A stretch of DNA of 41,798 nucleotides, taken from Octopus bimaculoides. Lineage: Eukaryota. The translations under genes were made by a program, and so were the position numbers. Under the pieces are notes generated by a model. That model saw only the letters and a program-made list of their open reading frames with translations. It searched no databases and had not been told where the DNA came from. The stretch is taken from contig NC_068982.1 of the NCBI RefSeq assembly GCF_001194135.2, positions 47,661,882 to 47,703,679 on the forward strand. The letters run 5' to 3'. Shown here in pieces: positions 25,385 to 37,429 of the stretch (the first letter of the stretch is position 1; each line of letters opens with the position of its first letter).

Positions 25385-26555
25385 AACTTCTATCTCATTC
25401 CAGGGTGAAAAACTAGAGGTAGTCGATAGCTTCCGCTATCTGGGCGACCAAGTTAGTAGTGGGGGTGGGTGCGCTGAAAGTGTAGCTGCTAGAATAAGAA
25501 TAGCCTGGGCAAAGTTTAGAGAGCTCTTACCCCTGCTGGCGACAAAGGGACTCTCACTCAGAGTAAAAGGCAGACTGTATGACGCATGCGTACGAACAAC
25601 CATGCTACATGGCAGTGAAACATGGGCTGTAACTGCTGAGGACATACGTAAGCTCGCAAGGAATGAAGCCAGTATGCTCCGTTGGATGTGTAATGTCAAT
25701 GTGAATACCCGTCAGAGTGTAANNNNNNNNNNNNNNNNNNNNNNNNNNNNNNNNNNNNNNNNNNNNNNNNNNNNNNNNNNNNNNNNNNNNNNNNNNNNNN
25801 NNNNNNNNNNNNNNNNNNNNNNNNNNNNNNNNNNNNNNNNNNNNNNNNNNNNNNNNNNNNNNNNNNNNNNNNNNNNNNNNNNNNNNNNNNNNNNNNNNNN
25901 NNNNNNNNNNNNNNNNNNNNNNNNNNNNNNNNNNNNNNNNNNNNNNNNNNNNNNNNNNNNNNNNNNNNNNNNNNNNNNNNNNNNNNNNNNNNNNNNNNNN
26001 NNNNNNNNNNNNNNNNNNNNNNNNNNNNNNNNNNNNNNNNNNNNNNNNNNNNNNNNNNNNNNNNNNNNNNNNNNNNNNNNNNNNNNNNNNNNNNNNNNNN
26101 NNNNNNNNNNNNNNNNNNNNNNNNNNNNNNNNNNNNNNNNNNNNNNNNNNNNNNNNNNNNNNNNNNNNNNNNNNNNNNNNNNNNNNNNNNNNNNNNNNNN
26201 NNNNNNNNNNNNNNNNNNNNNNNNNNNNNNNNNNNNNNNNNNNNNNNNNNNNNNNNNNNNNNNNNNNNNNNNNNNNNNNNNNNNNNNNNNNNNNNNNNNN
26301 NNNNNNNNNNNNNNNNNNNNNNNNNNNNNNNNNNNNNNNNNNNNNNNNNNNNNNNNNNNNNNNNTGCGGGTGACACGTAAAAGCACCCACTACACTCTCT
26401 GAGTGGTTGGCGTTAGGAAGGGCATCCAGCTGTAGAAACTCTGCCAAATCAGACTGGAGCCTGGTGTTGCCATCCGGTTTCACCAGTCCTCAGTCAAATC
26501 GTCCAACCCATGCTAGCATGGAAAGCGGACGTTAAACGATGATGATGATGATGAT
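25385..26555 (+). mobile_element. Young 5'-truncated RTE LINE (RT C-terminal region, gap, 3' tail)
   Basis: Uninterrupted TSISFQGEKLEVVDSFRYLGDQVSSGGGCAESVAARIRIAWAKFRELLPLLATKGLSLRVKGRLYDACVRTTMLHGSETW...LRWMCNV; tail after the N gap ends in (GAT)n. Confidence 0.92.
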
Positions 26556-26730
26556 GATGATGATGGTTATGATGATTGTGATGATGACAATGATAGAGAT
26601 GATACTGATGTAGATGATAATGGGGATGGTACCATTGCTGTTGCTTCTGTTTCCACTGCAGTTGCCTCGACTACTACCGCCATTACTGATGACAACAGTA
26701 ATGATGTTGGTGTGCAAGTATGTTAGAATA

Positions 26731-27113
26731 GGAGATGCAATGGCCCAGTGGTTAGGGCAGCGGACTCGCAGTCATAGGATCGCGGTTTCAATTCCCAGAC
26801 CGGGTGTTGTGAGTGTTTATTGAGCGAAAACACATAAAGCACCACGAGGCTCCGGCAGGGGATGGTGGCGAACCCTGCTGTACTCTTCCACCACAACTTT
26901 CTCTCACTCTTACTTCCTGTTTCTGTTGTGCCTGTAATTCAAAGGGTCAGCCTTGTCACACTGTGTCATGCTGAATATCCCCGAGAACTACGTTAAGGGT
27001 ACATGTGTCTGTGGAGTGCTCAGCCACTTGCACATTAATTTCACGAGCAGGCTGTTCTGTTGATCAGATCAGCTGGAACCCTCGACGTCGTAAGCGACAA
27101 AATGCCAACAACA
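26731..27113 (+). mobile_element. tRNA-derived SINE, distinct family (~380 bp)
   Basis: GGAGATGCAATGGCCCAGTGGTTAGGGCAGCGGACTCG...GGTTTCAATTCCC (A and B boxes), CpG-retaining body, (CAA) tail. Family name not determinable. Confidence 0.75.
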
Positions 27114-27179
27114 TGTTAGAATAAAACACATCCAATACATATATAGTGTTTCTGTATCTATATATATTTGTATGTATGT

Positions 27180-27395
27180 TTTATCTTTTTTCTTTTACTT
27201 GTTTCAGTCATTAGACTGCAGTCATGCTGGGGCACCACCTTGAATTATTTTTAGTCAAACAAATCGACCCCATTACTTATTCTATCGGTCTCTTTTGCCA
27301 AACTGCCAAGTTACAGTGACACAAACACACCAACATTGGTTATCAATCGGTGATGGAGGACAAACACAGACACAAAGACACACACATGTAGATAT

Positions 27396-27463
<68 letters not shown>

Positions 27464-27838
27464 GTGTCTGTATTTGTCCCCCCAACATCACTTGACAACC
27501 AATGCTGGTGTGTTTACGTCCCCATAACTTAGCGGTTCGGCAAAAGAAACCGATAGAATAAATACTAGGTTTCCAAAGAATAAATCCTGGGGTCAATTTG
27601 CTCGACTAAAGGCGGTGCTCCAGCATAGCCGCAGTCAAATGACTGAAACAAGTAAAAGAGTAAAAGAGTATATATATATATATATATGATGGACTTCTTT
27701 CAGTTTCCATCTACCAAATCCACTCACAAGGCTTTGGTTGGCCTGGAACTATAGCAGAAGACACTTGCCCAAGTTGCTACGCAGTGGGACTGAATCCTGA
27801 ACCATGTGGCTGGGAAGCAAGCTTCTTACCACACAGCA
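27180..27838. mobile_element. Minus-strand SINE B with a plus-strand SINE B 3' half inside its microsatellite
   Basis: Minus 3' half 27180-27385, plus 3' half 27460-27668, minus head 27685-27838. Confidence 0.8.
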
Positions 27839-28387
27839 TATTTTTTTTTAATATATAGTGTATAGTAAAATTGATAAAAAGAGTACAGTGAGGTTGTTAT
27901 GAAGAGTGGGAAATCTGACGTTTTGGAGAGAGTCCTTTTGTCAGGGAAAAGTTGAAAGGAGAGATATTAATGAGAGACAGCAGAGTTTTACATCCTCTAA
28001 GTTATAAAAACTAGCTGCAACTGATGCAGAATGCAGGACCACATGAGCTTCATACATGAATAAAAAGTGGTTGGAGAAACTGAGAATGTAGAAGGAAAGA
28101 GAAATGGAGTAAGGAGGAGAAGCAGACAAAGTTAAGAGTGAGGTAAAATGAAAAGATGAGGTGAGAAGTGAGTTGAAAGATAAGAAAAAAACATCTGTAT
28201 GTATTGATATATATACATATATGTATGTATTATTGAATTTGTGTATAAACTCCATCTCTCTCTCTCTCTTTCTCCCACTCTCTCTTTCTGTTTCTCTTTC
28301 TCTCTCTCTCTCTTTCTATTTCTCTTTCTTTCTCTCTCCTTTTCTCACTCTTTCTTTCATTGAACATCAAGTGTTATGAAAGTAACT

Positions 28388-28551
28388 AATGGTGTGGCTG
28401 TGTGATAAGAAGTTTGCTTTCCAGCCACATGGTTCGAAGTTCAGTCCCACTGTGTTGCACTTTGGGTGAGTGTCTTCTATTATAGCCTTGGGCTGACCAA
28501 AGCCTTGTGAGTGGATTTGGTAGATGGAAACTGAAAGAAGCCCGTCATATA

Positions 28552-28611
<60 letters not shown>

Positions 28612-28825
28612 TCTTCATGTCTAAGGATGTCCCCACCATTGCTTGACAACCGGTGTAGTGTTTATGTCCCTGTAACTTAGTGGTTCAGCAAGAAAGATCA
28701 ATAGAATAAGTACCAACCTTAAAGAAAAAATATACTGGGGTCGATTCATTTGACTAAAAGTTCTTCAAGATGGTGTCCCAGCATGGTTGCAGTCTAATGA
28801 TGGTAACAAGTAAAAGATAAAAGAA
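28388..28825 (+). mobile_element. SINE family B, full length, (TG)n internal tract
   Basis: GGTGTGGCTGTGTGATAAG...GGTTCGAAGTTCAGTCCC...GATGGAAACTGAAAGAAGCCC...AACAAGTAAAAGATAAAAG. Confidence 0.85.
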
Positions 28826-29146
28826 TGTGAATTAAAACAGTTATCATTTTGTATTCTCTGGAGATCTAATTCTTATTCTTAACATCTAAATAGACCAAAA
28901 TACACAACACATTGTAAGATACAGATAAGGAAATAAATTTATTCTCAAATGCAGAAATGCTGACAGAACAGCAGGAACAGGATAAAATATTTTGCAGAAA
29001 AATTTGTCAGCAGCCAGCCATGAGACTCAAACTCACATCCCTGTGATTATTGTTCAAGTACTTTACCAGTTAAGCTAAACTGCACACTGACAAATTAACC
29101 TGCAAGTTTTGAACTTATAATGCTAGCATATAAGACGCTGCATGTT

Positions 29147-29279
29147 AAATTGAAATTATGATAAATGTAAACAAACAAAGTTTGCTTTTAGAAGTGTTGA
29201 GATGCAGTGTATCTTACAATACATCTCAACGCTTCTAAAAGCAACCTTTGTTTGTTTACATTTATCATAATTTGAATTT
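29147..29279. repeat. Near-perfect inverted repeat (58-bp arms, 17-nt loop)
   Basis: Arms 29147-29204 and 29222-29279 match at 55/58 positions with no gaps. Confidence 0.92.
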
Positions 29280-29754
29280 ACAACACATTGTGTTAGAACT
29301 GCTTGATATACATTTCAACAATCTCTGATTTGAAGGCAGATGATTTGGTAGCTCAGTCACTATCTTATCAATGTAGTCATTTCATTTAGATATCCTATGA
29401 TACTAGTCATCTTTCTGAGCACATACAAAACCAACCAAAAACTGTCAGAGACTGACACTGATGTAATCACTGCCAGTGCTGCTATTGCACTGGATCAATA
29501 TTTTCTTTGGACCAATAGATCCTTATATTGATTTGATAGAGAATAACTGTAGAATATACAAAACTAGAAAACAGTTTACAATCACAAGTTTGAAAATAAT
29601 TTTCCCAGCTTTTTTAAGTTACTGTTAAGAAAGTAAACCATCTTCGATGAGAATGAGACCCACATCCCAACCCCCAATAAAACCCATAACTGTTACCATT
29701 GTAAAAGTTATTGAGCATTTGAATGAGAATTCTATAAAAAGGGATAACATGCAG

Positions 29755-29916
29755 GCACAAGAGTGGCTGTGTGGTAAGTAGCTTGCTTACCAGCCACATG
29801 GTTCCAGGTTCAGTCCTACTGTGTGGCACCTTGGGCAAGTGTCTTCTACTATTGCCTCGAGCCGACCAAACCCTTGTGAGTGGATTCGGTAGACAGAAAC
29901 TGAAAGAAGCCCGTTG

Positions 29917-29965
<49 letters not shown>

Positions 29966-30235
29966 TGAGAGAGAGAGAGAGAGAGAGNNNNNNNNNNTGT
30001 GTGTGTGTGTGTGTGTGTGTGTGTTTGTATGTCTGTGTTTGTCCCCCTAGCATTGCTTGACAACCGATGCTGGTGTGTTTATGTCCCTGTCACTTAGCGG
30101 TTCGGCAAAAGAGACCGATAGAATAAGTACTAGGCTTACAAAGAGTAAGTCCCGGGGGGGTCGATTTGCTCGACTAAAGGCGGTGCTCCAGCGTGGCCGC
30201 AGTCAAATGACTGAAACAAGTAAAAGAGAAAGAGA
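29755..30235 (+). mobile_element. SINE family B, full length, (TA)(GA)(TG) internal tract
   Basis: GAGTGGCTGTGTGGTAAGTAGCTTGCTTACC...GGTTCAGTCC...GACTGAAACAAGTAAAAGAG. Confidence 0.88.
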
Positions 30236-30359
30236 GTATGTAATGATATATCGATACCAGCATCTGTTAGGCTGCTATTACTCTGAAGGAGCACCTACAA
30301 GATTTGCAGAGCATGTGGCGCTGAAACAACTGTAAATATATATGCCGATATAACAAAGG

Positions 30360-30769
30360 CATGACTGTGTGGGTTGGGGCAGGCTTGGCAGTATGGTATA
30401 AAGTTAGCTTCCCAACCATATGGTTCTAAGTTCAGTCCTACTGTGTTTCAACTTCAGCAACTGTCTTTTACTTTCACCTCAGGCTGACTAAAACATTGTC
30501 AGAGGATTTTGTGGAACCCATCATATATGTGTGCGTGTCTTTTTGTATGTGTTTATCCCTGCCATTTGACAACTGGTGTTGGTTTGTTTACGACCCGGTA
30601 ACTTAATTGTTCAGCAAAAGAGAATGATAGAATTAGTAACAGGCTTAGAAAATAAGAACCTGGAGTTAATGTGTTTGACTAAACTCTTCAGAGTGGCACT
30701 CCAGCATGGCCACAATCTAATGGCTGAAACAAGTAAAAAGTATAAGGTAAAAAAGATAAATGCACACAG

Positions 30770-30814
<45 letters not shown>

Positions 30815-31010
30815 CACACGCATGCACATATACACATATGCAATATATATAACAGGTTTTCAGTCGCCATCTACCAGATTTACTTGTAAGACTTTATTTA
30901 GTTTGGGGCTATAGTAAAAGATATTTACTGAAGGTGCTGCACAGATGGACTGAACCTGAAACCATGGTGTTGAGAGGTGAACTTCTTCAGTACAGAGCCA
31001 TACCTGTGAT
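30360..31010. mobile_element. Degenerate SINE B (plus, to ~30750) followed by a SINE B head (minus)
   Basis: Family B motifs in opposite orientations separated by (CA)n. Confidence 0.7.
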
Positions 31011-31078
31011 TATTCCATATTTAACAATTGAATATGGAAAAAAACTGTTCTGAAACTCCAAATCTTTGAATGAATGGT

Positions 31079-31128
<50 letters not shown>

Positions 31129-31297
31129 ATTTATCTATCTCTCTATCTTTTCCACACTATAAGCACTGATGAAAATATATCATATAAAGATGTGAACAAA
31201 GATAGAATAGCCATATAATATTACACCAAACTAAAAGGATACAACCACCAGAAGCTTCCTCTTGCTACAAGATGATATCCCACAATGCACTTGCAGT

Positions 31298-31453
31298 CTG
31301 TGCCATCTGAAGACATTGGCATACTGGGCAGTTGCCCAGGGGCCTCACAGGTCTAGGGACCCATATATGATGTAGTTTTCTGTCAATAAATAAATACAAT
31401 AGGACCCAGTGCAATTATTTGCCTGGGGCCTATAATACTGTTAAGACAACTCT
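31298..31453. mobile_element. Possible small MITE
   Basis: GGGCAGTTGCCCAGGGGCC ... ATTTGCCTGGGGCC ... GTTAAGACAACTCTG; the left TIR is degenerate. Confidence 0.4.
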
Positions 31454-31499
31454 GCTTGCAATACCACTAATAATACCTACATTTCAGATTCGTAACTGG

Positions 31500-32390
31500 A
31501 AATCCACTCCATAGATATTGGTTTCAAATTGTTTGCACAAGGCCAGCGAGTTCAGGGTCAGGGTTAGGTCTGTTACATTGATTCTAGTGCTCAACTGGTA
31601 CTTATTTTATTGACTCCAGTGCTCAACTGATATTTATTTTATCGGTCTAGAAAAGATGAAAAGCGAAGCTGACTGTGGTGGAATTTGAACTCAGAATGTA
31701 AAGATAAACAAAATGCCACTAAGCATTTTGCTTGGCATGCAAATGATTCTGCCATCTCACTGCTCTTCAGTCCATAGATATTAAAACTTACATGATCCTG
31801 ACATCCATTGCAAATTTCTATAGAAACAGTGATATTGACAGACACTGCCTCAGAGGGAAAGAGGGAGGTAGAGATCAGTACTGAGAGCCTTTTGACTGCT
31901 GTATGATAACATTCAAACAGCACCTGCTAAACATTGACAGAAAAAATAAATACAACCAAGTGCTTAAAAACGACGTGGATAATATCCTGCAGGTTTGTAG
32001 TGAATGCCTCAAGAAATTTTACACTTCTTGATGACTTCCCAACTAAATCCAGAAGTGAAGGATGAACATACCACAAAAAAACAAAAAAACAAAAAACCCA
32101 ACTGGGAAAGAAAACACTGCATAACACAAAATGGTTATGTATGTGTATGATTCCAGTATCCTTGAGAAAAAATGGTAATATTGGTATCAAATTTTGGCAC
32201 AAGGCCAGCACATTCAGAAGAGGAAGAGGCAAGTTGATTATGTAGACCCCAGTACTGAACTGGTACTTATTTTATCAACACTGAAAGGATGAAAGGCAAA
32301 GTTGACCTTGGTGGAATTTTAACTAGGAATGCAAAGTCGGACAAAACTCCACAAAGCATTTTGCTTGGTATGCTAATGATTCTGCTAGAA
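31500..32390 (-). mobile_element. Two degenerate SINE family A copies (31500-31760, 32170-32390)
   Basis: CTGGTACTTATTTTAT...GATGAAAGGCAAAGTTGAC...GGAATTT(G/T)AACT. Confidence 0.7.
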
Positions 32391-32784
32391 TCTAATGATT
32401 CAATGCTCAAATGAGGAGTAGATGGACGGCTGACAACTGATGAGGGGTCGTTCTTTGTGTTACTTGTCCTATTTTATATCTGTTTCTCTCTTTGTTTGCG
32501 TGTTGAACTTATTTGCTTTCATGTTTCATGTTGTTTACTGTTGGCAGTGTCCTGTACCCGTACATGCATGTGTATGTGTATATATAATTTATATCATTAT
32601 TTGACAGAACACCATGCATCCGTTTCCAAGTGTATATATATATATATTCTTTTATTCTTTTACTTGTTTCAGTTATTTGACTGCAGCCATGCTGGAGCAC
32701 CGCCTTTAGTCAAGCAAATTGACCCCAGGACTTATTCTTTGTAAGCCTAGTATTTATTCCATCAGTCTCTTTTGCTGAACCACT

Positions 32785-32833
32785 AAGGTGAACCATGGAG
32801 GATTCCACAGCAAAAAAAGTTTGGGAACCACTG
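32785..32833 (+). mobile_element. hAT/Charlie-type terminus
   Basis: AAAAGTTTGGGAACCACTG followed by ATCTAGCA (Charlie-like TIR and target). Confidence 0.55.
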
Positions 32834-33182
32834 ATCTAGCAATTAACTAAATATTTTTAGAATTACTGAAATTATGCCTCTGTATTAATTCATACAGTGG
32901 TGTTTGCTGTTGTTCACTAATAGTGGTGTCTGTGAAACACATTTCTTACCATGTAAACAGACAAGCGTATGACGCATGTGTTTATTGTATTTGGCGATGA
33001 GGGAAATACAAAGGTCACATGGGAACAACTAATCTAGCGAATAATTGAATATTTTTAGGCTTATCAAAGTCATTCCTTTGTATAAATTCAGACAGTGGCG
33101 TTTGCCAGTGTTTGGCAATAGTGCTGTCTGTGAAACATGTTTCTCACCATGTAAACAACGAGTGTATGTTGCATGTGTTTAT
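32823..33182. repeat. Diverged tandem duplication, period 198 bp
   Basis: GGGAAC(C/A)ACT(G/A)ATCTAGC...ATATTTTTAG...ACAGTGG(T/C)GTTTGC...GTCTGTGAAACA...ACCATGTAAACA...GCATGTGTTTATTGT occurs twice (32823 and 33021). Confidence 0.85.
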
Positions 33183-33521
33183 TGTGCTTCAAGATGTATG
33201 CAGTTTGCAGCATATACTGTGCATACATTTTAGTAATGGTAGTGTAACACCCATCAACAGATGTGTAGTGCTTGCTATCAAATGGTGCTTTGCTATATCA
33301 AGCATTCCATTATAAGCACCAAACATTTCACCTATGGAACAGGCTATAGTAATGTAGCCACACAATTTTGTAAGTGTTATTTCTACGTACAGGATAATAC
33401 AATATATTAATGTATCTGTGCATACATACATATATACATAGGTGTGCGTATACGTATGTATGTTGACATGTGTGTATGTGATGATTTGTGCATGTGTGTA
33501 AATGTATGTAAATAAATGTGA

Positions 33522-33564
<43 letters not shown>

Positions 33565-33578
33565 GATATATGAACGTG

Positions 33579-33758
33579 CTGTGTTGCTTTGATGTGCACT
33601 GTGAATTCCCTGGTCTGGCATTTCTGTAGATGCTTCTTCATTGAAGTGTATGCCTGCATGTGTTCCTTAATCTGTATATGAAGGCAGACACTTCCGTGAA
33701 AAAACAACTACGGAAATGCCAGGCCCGGGAATTCCCAGTGCACATCAAGGCAACACAG
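33579..33758. repeat. Inverted repeat (71-bp arms, 38-nt spacer)
   Basis: Arms 33579-33649 and 33688-33758 match at 61/71 positions with no gaps. Confidence 0.9.
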
Positions 33759-33852
33759 TAGAACAGGGGCAACTTTAGAATCTCTGAGGTCTCCTCATAC
33801 ACCAAAAGAAACTTAAGATCAACAATAGAAGAGAGTTACAGGAAGCTAGCTG

Positions 33853-33866
33853 GTTGCTATAGCAAC
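33853..33866. promoter_or_regulatory. RFX X-box consensus palindrome
   Basis: GTTGCTATAGCAAC fits RTHNYYWTRRNRAC exactly; function untested. Confidence 0.4.
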
Positions 33867-35091
33867 ACCTTTCTGCGCATATCCACTCCACACACGCACA
33901 TCAGCAACATTCGATAATTTCTTGAAAATGAGGTCATAACCCCAAAATATTAAATATAAGTTAAGTCTACATTAATTCACATATTTGTTTTCTTGTGATT
34001 TATCTTGCATTTACTTTGCATTGTTTTGGCCTTACCCACAATCTTTCATACAATATATTCTACACAATGCATCATAGTAATTATTCCATTATATACACAC
34101 ACACACACACANNNNNNNNNNNNNNNNNNNNNNNNNNNNNNNNNNNNNNNNNNNNNNNNNNNNNNNNNNNNNNNNNNNNNNNNNNNNNNNNNNNNNNNNN
34201 NNNNNNNNNNNNNNNNNNNNNNNATATATATATATATACACTTGCCTACATAACAGATTTTTTGATGTTATAGCAAAAATATTCTGCTTTTGTCCTTTGT
34301 GTCATCCTCAGAGACCAATCTTATTCTAAATCTCTAGGATGCAACATAACTACTTCAGATGTAATGCACAGTAATGAATAAAGCACCATGCTACTGAAAC
34401 ATGTGCAGCACAGAATGGATTGCTAGTATCCATTCTTATCCTTTTACTGTATATATTTACTGCATGCTGTATGTGACTAATGTTACTATTAAGATTGGAG
34501 ATGTAGAGAACTTGTTATCTTTAAACAATTGTTCCTTATTTTACAATGAAAGGATGGAATATTGCTAATTGATTAATTAACTAAATTTATTAATGTTCCC
34601 TCTGTGTAAACTACTAGTTAATTACATGCTGGAAGCTACCAATCTAATAACCACAGCCAGCATATTTGAAACCAACTGAACCATACATGTGTGTGTGTGT
34701 GTGTGTAATATAATATGTAATATTTTGGACTAATATATATGTCAATTAGTCTGTTGATGTGTTGAGTAAAGCATTAGCATGGGTTGGGCTACCTGGTGTC
34801 ATCCACAGTTGGCGTATATTTCCAGTGGACCTGCTTCAGGAATTCTGTTGTGTTAGCTGAGATAATTGTTTAAGTAAACAGAACATGGATTTGGTAATAG
34901 TCTTTATAACAAATCCATGTTCTATTTACTTAATCACTTAATCATTTATTATATAATACAATACATGTGTGTGAACTGGAAAGACTGGAGAGAGCAAGTT
35001 AAAAACATTGACAGTATACAAGATAAAATTTGTGCATGTATATATATATCTCCTAATATAATAATGAGTGTAGTGTTTTTATATATTTGTG

Positions 35092-35122
<31 letters not shown>

Positions 35123-35321
35123 CTTCAGTACCGGTTTCAATCAATAGAACTTTTTCAACTGTTAAGTATGGAAAACAATTAAATTTTAGAAAAATTAAAA
35201 GAAAAGTTTTTAAAAAAAATATTTGCATAGTACTCAAATACAAGGGGCATTTTCCTGGTTTCTGCCCATCTCTGTCTCTCTTGTTTACTCTTATGGGTTC
35301 GAGGTTGTTGTATATAATAGG

Positions 35322-35576
35322 CGCAGGATTGGCTGTGTGGTAAGTAGCTTGCTTACCAACCACATGGTTCCGGGTTCAGTGGCACTTTGGGTAAGTGTCT
35401 TCTACTATAGCCTTGGGCCGACCAAAGCCTTGTGAGTGGATTCGGTAGATGGAAACTGAAAGAAGCCCATCGTATATATGTATATACATATGTATGTGTG
35501 TATATGTTGTGTGTCTGAGCTTGTCCCCCCAACATCGCTTGACAACCCATGCTGGTGTGTTTATGTCCCCATAACT
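35322..35576 (+). mobile_element. SINE family B, running into a gap
   Basis: GGCGCAGGATTGGCTGTGTGGTAAGTAGCTTGCTTACC...GTCCCCCCAACATCGCTTGACAACC. Confidence 0.85.
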
Positions 35577-36169
35577 NNNNNNNNNNNNNNNNNNNNNNNN
35601 NNNNNNNNNNNNNNNNNNNNNNNNNNNNNNNNNNNNNNNNNNNNNNNNNNNNNNNNNNNNNNNNNNNNNNNNNNNNNNNNNNNNNNNNNNNNNNNNNNNN
35701 NNNNNNTATATATATATATATATATGTATTTGTCCAGAATCACACTGGACGCGAAGGAGGAGAGAAAAAAGTTATTCAGTGAAGAAGTAGTGAGAGTAAA
35801 TAGCCCTGACTGAGAGGGTGTGAGAGAAAGTAATAGCAATGAGAGAAAGGAAGGGGTGATTGATGAATAAGGAAGGAAGGGGTGAAAAAATCAGTGTTTC
35901 AACTCTGTGTGAGTATATGTGTGTATGTGTGTGCGTGTACAAGGGAAGTATGTGAATGTTTGTACATGTGATTATTGGCATGCAGGACAGGCACGTGGTC
36001 AGCTAATGTTTACATAAAAGCCTTTAAAGGCAATCATATAAATATGTACATACATACATACATTTAAAATACACATGCATACATACACACATGTGTATAT
36101 AAACACCTGCATGTACATATTATGTGTGTATATGTAGACATGTCATCAGGTTTTACTGTTCAATTTTTA

Positions 36170-36668
36170 CTCTTTTTACTATTTTATTTGTTTCAGTCAT
36201 TTGACTGCAGCCATGCTGGAGCACCGCCTTGAGTCGAACAAATCGACCCCAGGACTCATTCTGTATAAGCCTAGTACTTATTCTATCAGTATATTTTGCT
36301 GAACCGCTAAGTTACGGGGACGTGAACACACCAGCATTAGTTGTCAAGCAATGGTGGGAGGACAAACATGGACATACAAACATATATATATATATATGGG
36401 CTTCTTTCAGTTTCCATCTACCAAATCCACTCACAAAGTTTTGGTTGGCCCGAGGCTACAGTAAAAGACACTTGCCCAAGATGCCATGCAGTGGGACTGA
36501 ACCTGGAACCATATGGTTNNNNNNNNNNCAGTAAAAGACACTTGCCCAAGATGCCATGCAGTGGGACTGAACCTGGAACCATATGGTTGGTAAGCAAGCT
36601 ACTTACCACATGCCATGCAGTGGGACTGAACCTGGAACCATATGGTTGGTAAGCAAGCTACTCACCAT
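36170..36668 (-). mobile_element. SINE family B with a repeated head segment around a 10-N gap
   Basis: Family B motifs on minus; GATGCCATGCAGTGGGACTGAACCTGGAACCATATGGTT-type segment present three times. Confidence 0.8.
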
Positions 36669-37429
36669 GAAGCCATTCCTGCACATAAAATATGTTTATG
36701 CCCAATTATGGAGAGATGTTATCTTATTTACAACTGTTATTGGTTTTTTTATTATTTTTTTTTTCCTGCTAGACCATACAGAATTTTTCCCAGATTCTGT
36801 TTATACATTTATTTGTTTCCTTTTTTTTTCTTTTTCACTTCTGTTTCAATTTGACCACCTGCCTCTGCTTTTGACTATGGTTATGTGTATGTCACCTACC
36901 ACCTCCCTCTCTCTCTCTCCCCCTCCTCTTCTCTTTTCTTCCCTTTAACTCTCTTCTCACATATGTATCTCTTTGTCTGATGTTGGTCAGTACTTGTCCT
37001 TACCACTCCTGACCTGTCTACTACTCACTTGTATTTATCATACTCTAGACTTATCTAGCTGTCTGGGTTTTGTTTGTTTGTTTGTTTGTTTGTTTCTTTT
37101 CTTCTTTCTTTCTTTCTTTCTTTTCTTTTTGTTTTTCTACTTTAAAATTTTTTTTCCTGCGTGCATTATTGATTTCTAATTCTGCTAAGCACCAATGTAA
37201 ACATCTAAATACTTACACAAGTCAAGGAGGAAGCCTCTGCAAGCTTTTGTAGAGCTAACTAGAAAGATTCAAGTTTCACTTAAGCCATACCCTATCCTCT
37301 TAACAAAACAAAGCATATATTAGATAACATACTCCTAAATACGATAAATAATGAAAAAAAAAATGATAGTCAAGGCTGGAATGTGTTTAATATAGGTTTG
37401 TTAATCAATGTTGAAGTGAGGTTGAACAA

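Noticed and set aside
32400-32460. CTGATGA hammerhead-like motif
   Set aside because: No properly placed GAAA, stem II or stem III.
36470-36668. Triplicated SINE head segment
   Set aside because: Adjacent to a 10-N gap; at least one copy is probably an assembly artefact.
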